From Squalus acanthias (taxonomy: Eukaryota), in the NCBI GenBank assembly GCA_030390025.1, contig CM059438.1:68388001-68452000 (forward strand): a stretch of DNA of 64,000 nt. The letters are read 5' to 3'. The position numbers and the translations under genes were made by a program. The notes beneath the pieces are model-generated. The model ran no database searches and had not been told where the DNA came from. It was given only the letters and a program-made list of their open reading frames with translations. This document shows positions 1 through 11,954 of this stretch, piece by piece. The stretch's first letter is position 1; every line of letters starts with the position of its first letter.

Positions 1-203
1 CGGGCATGGACTGCTTCATTATCTGAGGATTTGTGAATGGCACTGAACACTGTGCAGTCATCAGCGAACATCCCCACTCCTGACCTTATGTTGGAGGGAA
101 GGCCATTGATAAAGTAGCTGAGGATGATTGGGCCTAGGACACTGCCCTGAGGAACTCCTGCAGCGATGTCCTGGGGCTGTGATGATTGACCTTCAACCAC
201 CAC
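1..203 (-). mobile_element. CR1-group LINE reverse-transcriptase fragment
   Basis: Minus strand translates to VVEGQSSQPQDIAAGVPQGSVLGPIILSYFINGLPSNIRSGVGMFADDCTVF, containing the non-LTR RT motifs GVPQGSxLGP and FADD. Confidence 0.85.
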
Positions 204-344
204 TGATTGTCCCTTTCATCGTCCATGAGTACCCAAACCAATTGTAGTGCCCCAACTGTTTAGTTTGCCCACTAAATTGGCTAATTCAGCAGGTTAAAAT
301 CAGGACTTTCTAGTCTGTACAACATAGAGACAGAAAATAAAGAA

Positions 345-680
345 CTAACTTTCATTTATCTAACACCGTTCATGACCTCAAGATGTCGCAAAGCATCTTA
401 CAACCAATTTAGTACTTTGAAGTGTTGTCATTGTTACAATGTAGGGAAACTGGGCAGCCAATATGTGCACAGCAAGCTCCCACAAAAAGCAATGTGATAA
501 TGACCAGCTAATCTGTTTTAGTGATGTTGGTTGAGGGTTAAATATTGGCCAGCACACCGAGAGAACTCCCCTGCTCTTCTTCAAAATAGTGCCATGGGAT
601 CTTTTACATCCACCTGAGAAGGCAGACTCAGTTTCACTTCTTATCCAAAAGACGGCACCTCTGACACTCCCTCAGTACTA
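345..680 (-). mobile_element. Deu-core SINE (SacSINE1-like), 5'-truncated
   Basis: Colinear with the fuller copies at 40368-40818 and 61748-62186 (gcacagcaagctcccaca...aatgtgataatgaccag...atagtgccatggga). Confidence 0.8.
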
Positions 681-1911
681 GGTGCAGAGATGAGCATGCA
701 GATTGCATGGTTTTCAGTGAAGGAGATTAGTTGTCAGATTTTGTTTTTAAATGATAGCTTGCAGAATCACGTCCATATTCCTGATCCATCATTTGTTTTA
801 CACAGTACCATGTGACCAATGCATTCTGCTCAAAGACAGCTGAACTTTATATTGTGAATGACTGAAAATCACTTGAGGAAGACTTGAGTTCAGGGGGTTA
901 GCTGTATATGTTATCAAGCAGAAAACTTTAAATTGGTGCTCTTTTTTCCTGACTATAACTATTGGGAAGAGCTTATGGCCACGTAAAATATTGTTTTTAC
1001 TGTCTTTCCATTACTTTCTTTGAGTAGATCTTTAAGAAGCTAGAAGAATAGTCTATTGATGGATAGAGAAAACTCATTTCATTTTCTGTTATGTTGCATT
1101 TTCTTTCACAGAACCAAGGTTACAAGTCCTCCTGGGAGACTGACAGATGAACTGAAATATGCTGAATTATTATAATATAGCAACAATACAGAACGGATTG
1201 CTTCAAAAGGTCATCCAGTGTATCGCCATAAGAGTTCTATGTTGAAAATAAACTGGAACCATCATGATTTTCCCCCCCATTATATATTGAAAGACAACTG
1301 CTGTATCGAAACAATAAAAAAAAGCATTTCAGGAATAGATACTTAAGACAAATTGAAACCTTAAATTGAGGCAATCAGAAGCCACTGTTTTCTTGTTATT
1401 TTCGCATGCTGGGTGTACTCAATTGGTGAGAACGGCATCAACCACCCCAGTTGAGGCATTGATGAAGAAAGCACTGCTGGATGGGTGGTTGGATACCACA
1501 GAGAGGTAACATTTGAAAATATAAATTTAAAGGTTCAAGGGGGGAGGGGAAGAGATTAAAAATAATATAATGAGGGATTATCATCTCTGCAAAGTTACTA
1601 GGCAGACGTCAGAGTTCCTCTATTAGTTATTTATTGCCACTAAAGTGCAAACCTTTTGACTCGTTCATAAAGCATAATTGGTTGACTCCCAAATGCTACA
1701 ACAAAATACTTAGCATTTATATACCACCTTACTATGTCCTCACAATGTGGTGAAGTGCTCCACAGGCAGTGAATTATTTTAGAATTGAAGTCACCATAAT
1801 TATATAGACACAAGTGGCAGCCATTTTGTGGACAGCAAGAGCCTACAAAATGCAAATATTTATTTCTGGTGATAGTGGTGAACGGTTCTTTTTTAAACCG
1901 GAAGGAAGTAT

Positions 1912-3672
1912 AAAATGGTGTTACCCGGGGTCAGCATTAGGACCACTGCTGTTTTTGATATATATATTGGCCCAGATATTCCGATTGCAGGCCTTCCGCG
2001 GGCGGAGGTCTGCGATCTGGAAAAATCTGCGCCCTTACCGGAGGTCTCCCGGGAGGCGCACAGTTCTGCTGCTGGGCCTCTCCAAACTGCCGGTGTGCAA
2101 GGCCCACGTATCCCAGAGGCGCAGGTAGTTCGCAGCATCCCTGGGATCACGTGGGCCATGGGGAGCCAATCAGAGAAGGGAATCTCCCTTCATACATTTG
2201 ACAGGAAGACCTGTCAAATATATGAATGGAGATCACCCCCAAAACATAGTAAAACTTAAATAAATAAAAAAAAAATCACATTTTTAAAATGACTTGAAAT
2301 TACATAAGTTAACTATTTTAAACAAAAATTTAAATTTTTGAAAAAAATAATTAAAGTTTTTAACGGGGCTAAAAATAAACTTACCTTTCTTTAAAGTATT
2401 TTTAAATGATAAATCAGTGGAAATTTTTTTTTTTTACTTTTTTTCAACTCTTATCCTGGTAAAAGCAGGCCTTACGCCTGCTTTTACCAGGCACAAGAAT
2501 TGTAAGTGTTTTCTGCGGGTGGAGGGTCTCCAAAAAGCGGAACTATCCGCCCGCAGAGGCCCTTCTCCAGGGCAGCTGGAGGATCTGTCAAGAGCTTTCT
2601 TGACAGATCGGAAATGCTGGTTTCCAGTGCATGCACTGTGCATGCCTGAAACCGGCATTCCCAATGTCCCTACGGGTGGGTACACAGCGCGTACCCACCC
2701 GTAGGGATCGGAATATCCGGCCCATTATTGACCTGAACTTGAGTATACAGGGCAGAATTTCAAAGTTTGCAGATGATACAAAACTTGGAAATGTCGTTAA
2801 AAAACGAGAAGAATAGTAACAGACTTCAAGAGGTGAAATGGGCAGATGCGTGGCAGATGAAATTTAAGACAGTGAAGTGTGAATTGATGCATTTTGGTAG
2901 GAAGAATGAGGAGAGGCAATATAAACTAAATGGTGCAATTTTAAAAGGGGTGCAGGAACAGAGAGACCTGGGGGTGTATGTACACAAATCTTTGAATTTC
3001 ACAGGACAAGTTGAGAAGGCTGTTAAAAAAGTATTTGGGATCTTTGGCTTTATTAATAGAGGAATAGAGTACAAAAGCAAGGAATTTATGCTAAACCTTT
3101 ATAAAACATTGGTTATGCCTCAGCTAGAGTATTGTGTTCAATTCTGAGCACCAGACTTTAGGAAGGATGTCAAGGCCTTGAAGAGGGTGCAGAAGAGATT
3201 CACTAGAAAGGTACCAGGGATGAGGGACTTCAGTTATGTGGAGAGATTGGAGAAGCTGGGATTGTTCTCCTTTCGAGCAGAAAATGTTAAGAGGAGATTT
3301 GATAGAGGTGTTTAAAATCATGAAGGGTTCTGATAGAGTAAATAAGATGAAACTGTTTCCAGTGGCAGAAGGGTCAGTAACCAGAGGACACAGATTTAAG
3401 GTGTTTGGCAAAAGAATCAAAGGCGACATGAGAATTTTTTTTTTTAATAGCGAATTATTGTGATCTGGAATGCACTGCCTGAAAGGGTGGTGGAAGCAGT
3501 TTCAACAGTAACATTCAAAGGAGAATTAGATAAATACTTGAAGGGAAAACATTGACTATGAGGAAAGAGCAGGGGAGTGTGATTAATTGGATAGCTCTAC
3601 CAAAGAGCCGGCACAGGCACGATGGGCTGAGTGGCCTCCTTCTGTGCTGTATCATTCTACTGTTCTATTCTA
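1912..3672 (+). mobile_element. CR1 LINE 3' portion (decayed RT C-terminus and 3' UTR), split by a Harbinger MITE
   Basis: GSALGPLLFLIYI before the insertion resumes as IDLNLSIQGRISKFADDTKL after it; KWADAWQMKF, QRDLGV, LYKTLVMPQLEYCVQF and RGDLIEVFKIMKG follow; ends in an attcta-type tail. Confidence 0.9.
1969..2723. mobile_element. Non-autonomous PIF/Harbinger-type TIR element (family M1)
   Basis: Ends GGCCCAGATATTCCGAT / ATCGGAATATCCGGCCC; ATT on both flanks (1966-1968, 2724-2726); interrupts CR1 RT; interior homologous in reverse to 39348-40112. Confidence 0.85.
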
Positions 3673-4705
3673 CGGTTGAGGGAAGAACGTTGGCCAGGTC
3701 ACCTCCCTGTTTTCTTCAAATCATGTCATGGGATCTTCAATGTCTACCTAAACAAACAAATGGGCCCTTGGCTTAACATCTAATCCAAAGGATGGTGTTG
3801 CTCACAATAAATTAAAGGAGATATAGATTTTTATTCAACTGAACTCTCTGATTTAATTAAAAAAATCAAGATTGCTAGATCATGTAAAATCACAACGTAT
3901 TATTCTGCTGCTTAGGTGATGTGTGTGACCTGATGTTACATGAAGACCACAAAGTCTAATAGGCACATCCCATGATGATGTAGAGGCCGCTTATTGTTGC
4001 CGTAAAAAGTTTCCTTACAGATTACCAGCTGCTTATTACTGCTCAAGCTTGGAAGAAACCAGTTAAAAAATAACTGGCTTTTTATTAAATTCTTTTTCCT
4101 CAAGTAGGTTGATAGACAAACTACCAGTCTGCTCAGATCTCATTTGTTGTTGCTTTATGAATATGAAATTTGACCCAATCAGCGGCAAATGTGACACCAG
4201 AATTTGCATGGGTGACGAAACGCGGCGGACATGTACAAGAAACAGGACTTCATAAATATACAAAACAGATCTCTTGTGGCAATGCTGCCGGCGAGTCAGA
4301 TGTGCTGTTTTACAAGGAGAGGAGCATTATACCACATTATGTGCAGAGCGTTATTAAGATGCAGCTATGTCCCTTTACGGCTATAACCCCAACTTGCTAT
4401 TCAGGTTGCAGATCAGAAACCTGACTTGCTCTTCTTTTTATGTGTGATTGATAAGTTCATTGAGGGCTTCCATGTTTTGTAGCTCATAGGTCAATGAAGA
4501 TGTTTTCAATTGCAGGGGTCTTTTATACATTTCAAATGACTGCCCTTTTTTATGCTTTCTTTTTAAATTGTGCCACAGCCATGTGCAGTGATATGTGAGG
4601 TGTTGCAGAAAGGAAACATGCACCAGAGGGACAAGAAATACATGTTTGCTGTACCATGTTTATTACATTATAGAGGTCTTAATAGGGGTTCATACAATCA
4701 TACAG

Positions 4706-5316
4706 TATGCCTCAGAGACATGGGCCATGTACAGCAGGCACCTCAAAGCACTGGAGAGGTACCACCAACGCTAGCTCCGCAAGATCCTGCAAATCCATTG
4801 GCAGGATAGGCGCATCAACGTCAGTGTTCTCACTCAGGCCAACATCCCCAGCATCGAAGCTTTGACCATGCTCGATCAGCTCCGATGGACGGGTCACATC
4901 GTCCGCATGCCCGATACGAGACTCCCAAAACAAGCGCTCTACTCGGAACTCCGACATGGCAAGAGAGACCCAGGTGGGCAGAGGAAACGCTTCAAGGACA
5001 CCCTCAAATCCTCCTTGAAAAAGTGTAACATCCCCACCGACACCTGGGAATCCCTGGCCCAAGACCGCACAAAGTGGAGGAGAAGCATCCGGGAAGGCGC
5101 CGAACATCTCGAGTCTCTTCGCCGGGAGCAAGCGGAAGCCAAGCGCAAGGAGCGCACGTCAACCCAAGCACCCCACCCGCCCGCCCCTTCAACCACCGTC
5201 TGCCCCACCTGTGACAGAGACTGTAGGTCCCGCATTGGCCTCATCAGTCACATGAGAACTCATTCTTAGTGTGGAAGCAAGTCATCCTCGGTTCCGAGAG
5301 ACTGCCTAAAAAGAAG
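4706..5316 (+). mobile_element. RTE-clade LINE, 5'-truncated 3' end with C-terminal C2H2-type finger
   Basis: QLRWTGHIVRMPDTRLPKQALYSEL...GGQRKRFKDTLK...CPTCDRDCRSRIGLISHMRTH; AAG-type tail; perfect 14-bp TSD atacaatcatacag at 4692-4705 and 5317-5330. Confidence 0.9.
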
Positions 5317-5700
5317 ATACAATCATACAGCACAGAAGGAGGCCATTTGGCACTCGCCCCTGTGGCACAGAGCTTTAACATTCTGTTTAAAATTTGTCAT
5401 TGGATCCCCAAGACATATCCTCCATCTAAGTAGAAGCTTGGATAGGAAGTTTACATTCTTATTTTGTATCTAGAAGTTTGCAGGTTTTTGTAACTTTCCT
5501 TGTTTCAGGACTCTCTTCCACCTCTTCTGACAGTCCTAGCTCATTATTTGGCCTAGTTCTAAGGAAACCAGTTGATTTCCAGTACCTCACTCTATAGAAC
5601 GTTCTTCAGCTGCACCCAAGACTGTGAGTGGAGTCAAACAATTCCATCATGGGAGGCATCAAAGCTAAGCCCAATTTTCTCCTCACCAGAATCGATGAAT

Positions 5701-6205
5701 ACAACTTGCATTTAATCGTACCTTTAACATGGTAGAAGATCCCAAGGTCCCTCAGAGATGAGTAAGGAAAAAAATGGATGCTGAGCCAATGAATGAGATA
5801 TTAGTGGGGAAGAGTTGGGTTTTAAGAAGTGTCTTAAAGGAAGAGCGGGAAATGCAGAGGAGTTTAGAAGGCATTTTTAGAAGGTGGAAGGAGGTTATAG
5901 AGATAGGATGTGGCGAGGCCATGGAGGGATTTAAACACAAGGATGAGAATTTTAAATTTGAGCAATTGGAGTCCGGAGCCAATGTAGGTCAGCAAAAACA
6001 AGGGTGATGGATGAGTGGGACTTGGTGTGTGATAGAATAGAGACAGCTGAGTTTTGGATGAGTTTAAGTTTACAGAGGCTGGAGAACGGGAGGTCGGCTC
6101 AAAGAGCATTTGTGTAATCAAGTCTGAAGGTGACAACGACATGTATGAGGGTTTCAGCAGCAGATGGACTGAGGTAGGAGCAGACGCAGACAATGTTACA
6201 GACCT
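5701..6205 (-). mobile_element. L2 LINE 3' fragment
   Basis: Minus-strand peptides AETLIHVVVTFRLDYTNAL and FKILILVFKSLHGLATSYL; tail similar to the other L2 copies. Confidence 0.8.
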
Positions 6206-7498
6206 GGAAGTGCACATGCACACTTTGCACAAGGATCGCTGGACAATTATCAAGAGTGAGAACCTTGGTAGATTCTCCCCAAACTTCACCCGAGGCACTA
6301 AGGCCAAATGGAGTGTTCCCAATGCTATTCTGGCTGTGATTAGATAACTCAGCATAGAACAAGGATGGGACCCGAGAGCTCCTGCTCTCTATATCTTAGC
6401 TGTTCACTTTTTCACTCCGCATCATGACCACTTTTTCTTAGCCATCTGCCCTACTGCACTACTCTGAGGAAGCAATGTCTATCACTTTTAAATGGTGCTT
6501 CTCTTAGATAGTCCTTCAGTAGTCTAAGGGTTAAATATGTTTTCCTTTCAAAGTAATTTGAGAAAATGCAATTACCTACCTGGGGTGACACCATTCTATT
6601 GTTCTTTCTGGTTGATGAATCTAGTTAAATTCAACAGCAATCAGGAATTGTTTTCCATTAACATCTTAATAGTTTGTTGTCCAAAATGTTTGTTTTACCT
6701 TCCAGTGAGGAAATCATTAACCATCTACACAGGCACTGATACGAATTCTTCAAAAAAAAAAGTGGTTTACAAACTTTTTTGCAATTGTCCAAAAACTGTA
6801 TTAAACTTTAACATTTAAACATTGAACAAGCGTGCAAACATGTTCCAGTTACATTTTGATTATGCTCATTGATTACGCTGAGTCATGGGCGATTTTATGC
6901 TCGGCCAGATGGGCCTATTTTCCGATTGTGCCCATGGAAGAAACTCCAGGCCACAACGTTTGCGTCAATTCCAAGAATCCTGCATGGAAAGAAATATTTT
7001 AGCTTGACTTATCCGAGTTTGAAGTTTTGATGCTGACTGGGTAAAAATAGATTATGTATCCTAACATGGCATGGGTGATCTTTTAGAGGCCATGATATGG
7101 GATAAAACTGAAGCTCAGTTTAAAAAGTAATGGGCTAATCGAGGTCAATCAGCATGGATTTGCAAAAGGCAAGTCATTTCTGGCAAATTTCATACAGCTC
7201 TTTAAGGAAATAATGGAATATGTCGATAAAGGAAATGCAGTGGATGTTGTAAATATGGATATTCAAAAGGCATTTTATATGGTAGACTTGTTGATCAAAT
7301 TAAAGTGCATAGTATGAAAGTGAATGTGGGAAGGGACAGGAAGCTGGCTGAAGAACAGAAAATAGAGAGTAATGGTTAATTAAATAAAAACAGAGAATTC
7401 TGGAAGTACACAGCAGGTCACTCGGCATCTGATGAGAGGCAAGACAGGTCATTAATATTTCATGGCAGGCCAAGCAGCATCTGTGGAGAGAGAAACAG

Positions 7499-7535
7499 AG
7501 TTAACGTTTCAGGTCGATGACTCTTCGTCAGAACT
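7499..7535 (-). ncRNA. Minimal type I hammerhead ribozyme motif
   Basis: Minus strand AGTT-CTGACGA-AGAGTCATCGACCT-GAAACGTT-AACT: helix I AGUU/AACU, CUGANGA box, short helix II, GAAA box, palindromic ACGU helix III, GUU cleavage triplet. Confidence 0.7.
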
Positions 7536-7592
7536 GGAAAAAGTTAGAGATGGAACAGGTTCATCAAACCTGTTCCATCTCCAGCTTTATCC

Positions 7593-7629
7593 AGTTCTGA
7601 CGAAGGGTCGTCGACCTGAAACATTAACT
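7593..7629 (+). ncRNA. Minimal type I hammerhead ribozyme motif, helix III mutated (ACGT>ACAT)
   Basis: AGTT-CTGACGA-AGGGTCGTCGACCT-GAAACATT-AACT. Confidence 0.6.
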
Positions 7630-8051
7630 CTGTTTCTCTCTCTACAGATGCTGCCTGACCCGCTGGATATTTCCAGCATTTTCTTTTTTATTTCTGATTT
7701 CCAGCATCCGCAGTATTTTGCTTTTGCATTTATATTTTGTGTTTGTAACTCTTTATCAGAATAGAAGAGTGGTTAATGAATATTTGTTTTTACTGGAAGG
7801 ATGTAAATAATGGTGTGCCCTGGAGGTTAATGTTGGCACCATTGCTCTTAATAAATAAAATTGATCCAGACTTGGGTGTAAGGGATGCAATGTCAAAATG
7901 TGCAGACAGCACAAAAATAGTGAGTGCGAGTAACTGGGAAGAGGACTGCAAGTGACTTCCAGGGAACAGAGACAGATTCGTCAATTGGGTAGATCAATTT
8001 TGGGGGAATTTAATGTGCAGAAATGGAGGGTGATACATTTGGGAACTACAT

Positions 8052-8320
8052 TGTGGGAGATGCCGTCTTTCAAATGAGGCCATGTCTGCCTGCTCAGGTG
8101 GACGTAGAGGATCCCATGATACTATTTGAAACAGAGCTGGGGAGTTGTCCCAGTGACCTGGCCAATATTTATCACTCAAGCGACATCACTAAAATTAGTG
8201 TAGCTGGTCATGTATGTCATTCCATAAGAACAGTGACTACACTTCAAAAATAATGAATTGTCTGTAAAGTGCTTTAGGACATCCTGAGGACATCATAGGC
8301 ACTTTATAGATGCAAGTTCT
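8052..8320 (+). mobile_element. Deu-core SINE fragment
   Basis: gatgccgtctttc...aggtggacgt...atcccatgatactatttgaa...gtgactacacttcaaaa...gctttaggacatcctgagg tail. Confidence 0.7.
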
Positions 8321-8599
8321 TTAGTTAAGAATGAGAAGTGGAAATATGTGTTAATACTTTAACAGAAGCAGGGAGACTTGGGGGGGGGAGGGGTTCAGAT
8401 GCACAAACCTTTTAAAGTGGTAGGACAAGTTCATGTCGCTGTTTTTTTTTTAAAAGCTATGAGATCTTGGTTTTGGAAAGAATTTTGCTAGTCTCTCCTT
8501 ACAAGTAAAGCCTCTAGTCCTTGGTATCCTCTAAGTGAATTTCTTCAGCCACCTCTCCATGGGCTTGAAACCCTTCCTAAACTAAGGCAGCCAGAAACG

Positions 8600-9337
8600 C
8601 AGATTTTTTGGTTCGTGGTGAACGAACGACGCCAGCCATTCATTACACTTACACTTGTCCACAGATTTTCGATGGGGTGTTGCCCAGGAACTTGCTGTGA
8701 TTAGAAAGCCATTTCAGCGTGGCGCCCTCTACAGGGCATCTGGGACCTGTGTGAACAGGGCAAGCAACTGTGTATCTCCTTAACCAATCAGATTAAAGAA
8801 TGGTTAATGAGGCGTGCAGAGTCTGAACCAGGAAGTGTCAGTTAGAATAGTTAATTCAATGTCAAATCAGGTACAGAAAGCAAAATAAAGAGAGGGCAAG
8901 AACGATGGGGTTAAGAGAGAACGATAAGAGACAGAAAGAAAAAGTTAAAAAAAAATTATTTACATTGTTTTAAATCTCCAACAATACTTAAAATCTGAAG
9001 GAATGAGACTCCTTCAGTGCCAGAGAGGTTGTTTGTCAGTAATTAAGACAAATCACAACATTAAAAATTTACTTTCACTGGAATGGACACGCCCTAACCT
9101 TATCTGGTGAGTTTAGTGTGTAACTGAGTGCAGCAACTTCACGTCATTCCATCTGTTTCAATGGCGAGTCTCTCAGTATAACGAAGCATCTGAAGGAGCA
9201 GGGCAACTCGGACAGCAACTTCCTGATTTCCCCATTAACTGCGCATGTACGGTCACTGAAAGTTGCTTTCCAATTTACAATTTAATAACGGTGATCGCAG
9301 ATAGCCTCACTGTTTTTTGTACCGCAAAATCCGGGCC
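8600..9337. mobile_element. Probable non-autonomous Harbinger-type TIR element, left end degraded
   Basis: Right end reads GGCCCGGATTTTGCGG on the minus strand, matching the local TIR consensus; flanked on both sides by minus-strand CR1-like sequence. Confidence 0.5.
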
Positions 9338-9778
9338 GATATTCTAATTTCACCCAAACCAACAATTTGCATAGGTTTAGCATTACCTCTTACTTTTGTA
9401 CTCCATGCACTTATTTCTAATCACTGGAAGGTGAAGAGGAGATGTGATTGAGGTGCTGAAAATCATGAGAGCTTTTAACTACATGAATTGGGGAAATTGT
9501 TCCAGCAATATGGGAGCCAATGTAAGTAGGGAGTATTATTTTGTCTGTCTCAATCCCAAAAATCACCAATCCTTTGCCAACCAGATATTTACCCAACTCC
9601 AGTCTCAATTGCATTGGTTTGGACTTTGTTCCATATATCTACTCCCGAGGGGGAAGAAACCTTCTACCTTCTAGTGCTGCACGTGTCTTGTTGGCATCAA
9701 ACTTGTGTCTTCCAGTTTTGTGCCTGCAGTTTAGATCATGAGGTCTGATCCATCTACCTATTCTATGCCACCCAAAAT

Positions 9779-10443
9779 CTCTATTACAGCCCCGTGTTAC
9801 TCTCTCTATTACAGCCCCGTGTTACTCTCTCTATTACAGCCCCGTGTTACTCTCTCTATTACAGCCCCGTGTTACTCTCTCTATTACAGCCCCGTGTTAC
9901 TCTCTCTATTACAGCTCCGTGTTACTCTCTCTATTACAGCCCCGTGTTACTCTCTCTATTACAGCTCCGTGTTACTCTCTCTATTACAGCTCCGTGTTAC
10001 TCTCTCTATTACAGCCCCGTGTTACTCTCTCTATTACAGCCCCGTGTTACTCTCTCTATTACAGCTCCGTGTTACTCTCTCTATTACAGCCCCGTGTTAC
10101 TCTCTCTATTACAGCCCCGTGTTACTCTCTCTATTACAGCTCCGTGTTACTCTCTCTATTACAGCCCCGTGTTACTCTCTCTATTACAGCCCCGTGTTAC
10201 TCTCTCTATTACAGCCCCATGCTACTCTCTCTATTACAGCTCCGTGTTACTCTCTCTATTACAGCCCCGTGTTACTCTCTCTATTACAGCCCCGTGTTAC
10301 TCTCTCTATTACAGCCCCATGCTACTCTCTCTATCACAGCCCCGTGTTACTCTCTCTATTACAGCCCCGTGTTACTCTCTCTATTACAGCCCCATGCTAC
10401 TCTCTCTATTACAGCCCCGTGTTACTCTCTCTATTACAGCCCC
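9779..10443. repeat. 25-bp minisatellite (CTCTCTATTACAGCCCCGTGTTACT)n, about 26 copies
   Basis: Head-to-tail near-identical units with only GCCCC/GCTCC and CCGTGTT/CCATGCT variants. Confidence 0.98.
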
Positions 10444-11954
10444 TTGTCAAACAGCTTGCTGGCATTCTGTTGTATGGGATAGCCTGGTAAATGTTTCAGT
10501 AAAGGTGAAACGAGGCTTAAAAAGTCCCTTTATTTCTAAACGCCTGACCTATGATTAGTCGCCCCCAAGTAGCAGGTTTGGTGTCATGCCTGGAAGATCT
10601 GCCGTACTCTCTCAACCAAAACCAATAGCCTGAGCTCACACTTACGTTTGACTAACCTGCCGGCTTCCCTTCCTTGTATCTGGTCTGTCTTTGCAAGCGC
10701 TCTGTGCGGTTGAACGAAAAGAACCTTAGCTACATCTAGAACAAATATCCTGTAATTTAATGTTTTATTCTGAAAGTCAGGCAGTTACTCTGCCCCAAAG
10801 ATTATAGCCGAACATGAATGAAGTCAGTTATTAGTTCATATTTTACAAAGCGTTTGCAGCTTTGAAAACAAATAATAAAAATAGCTAGCATTGGCACATT
10901 TGGTGATGTGTAAAACTTCCGTCACCTCAGAGGATTAAATGCTGATCTAAAAAGAATGCAATTTTTTCCTATCGCCTTTGGCTATCCAGTCCTGAATGTT
11001 CCCACTGAGTTTAATTTTGGTAGCACTCTATAACTTTATATTAGTTGTATTCGATTTGCATATATTGACTTGCTATCACATTCAGTGGTATAAGGAGAAA
11101 GAAATTAGTTCATCCATTGCAATTTAATACACTGGCTGGAAAAGAAAGGCTAGGAAATGATGTACTTAGCACGCTCTGTTGGGTTAGAATAATGTACTCC
11201 AGTGTAGCGCAGAAAGGATTTCAGAAAAAGCACCAGAATATATTTATTATGCAAGGTAACTAGAATATATTAGGTGCCCATTTGATAAAAGACTCAATTA
11301 TTTGAGCTGTTTCATCTGGAGAAGTACAAAGGAAACCTCATTGAATTGTAATGTGTACTTTCCTCTTATTTGATCATTTTATTCCACACCAGTCTGTGAG
11401 CATTTAGTTTTATTTTGTAAAACACAATTTGATATAAATTAAGTCAAACAGCTTGCTGGCTTTCTGTTGTATGGGATAGCCTGGTAAATGTTTCAGTAAA
11501 GGTGAAGTAAAAGCAGAAAATGCAATAGGTCAGTCAGCATCTGAAAGAGAAAGATCAGTTAAGGGTTTATATGAATGGTACCGAAGTTTTAATTTGACTC
11601 CTAAAATATTGTCTGTTGGAGAACCAATAAAGATGCCAGGCGAGTAAAAACAGCTAAGGTTAGCCAAGTCAATATTTACACAGCTCCATACAAAAGCAAT
11701 TTGTGCTTGTCCACCAAAAACAGTCCTTTTTTTAATCCTTGTAAGGTTGACTGTGTGTGCAGAAGTTTGATAGTTGTGGGCTTTTGCAGTCATTACAGGA
11801 CTGATTCCCGGCACTCCGAGTGTGGCCCACGGTGGACGGGAAAGCGCAGGACCCAGATACTCCTGCTATTTCCATCCACTAACTAAAAGGTTTGGTCAGG
11901 GAGTTGGCCTTTATAAATGCATCTTTTTAAAGCATTTAACATCTTTTGAACCAG

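Larger units (their letters stand above)
7384..7730. mobile_element. Penelope-like element terminal-repeat (pLTR) foldback
   Basis: About 90-bp inverted arms (gcagcatctgtggagagagaaacagagttaacgtttcaggtc... / ...gacctgaaacattaactctgtttctctctctacagatgctgc), each carrying a hammerhead core, plus repeated ttccagcat tail motifs. Confidence 0.75.
7125..8470 (+). mobile_element. Old, fragmented CR1 RT region interrupted by Penelope and SINE insertions
   Basis: Decayed QHGFxKGKS and DKGNAVDVVxMDxQKAF at about 7150-7280; decayed GVP/ADxTK segment at about 7810-7920; DLG segment at about 8370. Confidence 0.6.

Noticed and set aside
9738..10558. Three overlapping 212-254 aa ORFs; superficially CRISPR-like periodicity
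   Set aside because: Artefacts of a stop-free 25-bp tandem repeat; units are head-to-tail with no unique spacers, and the context is eukaryotic with no cas genes
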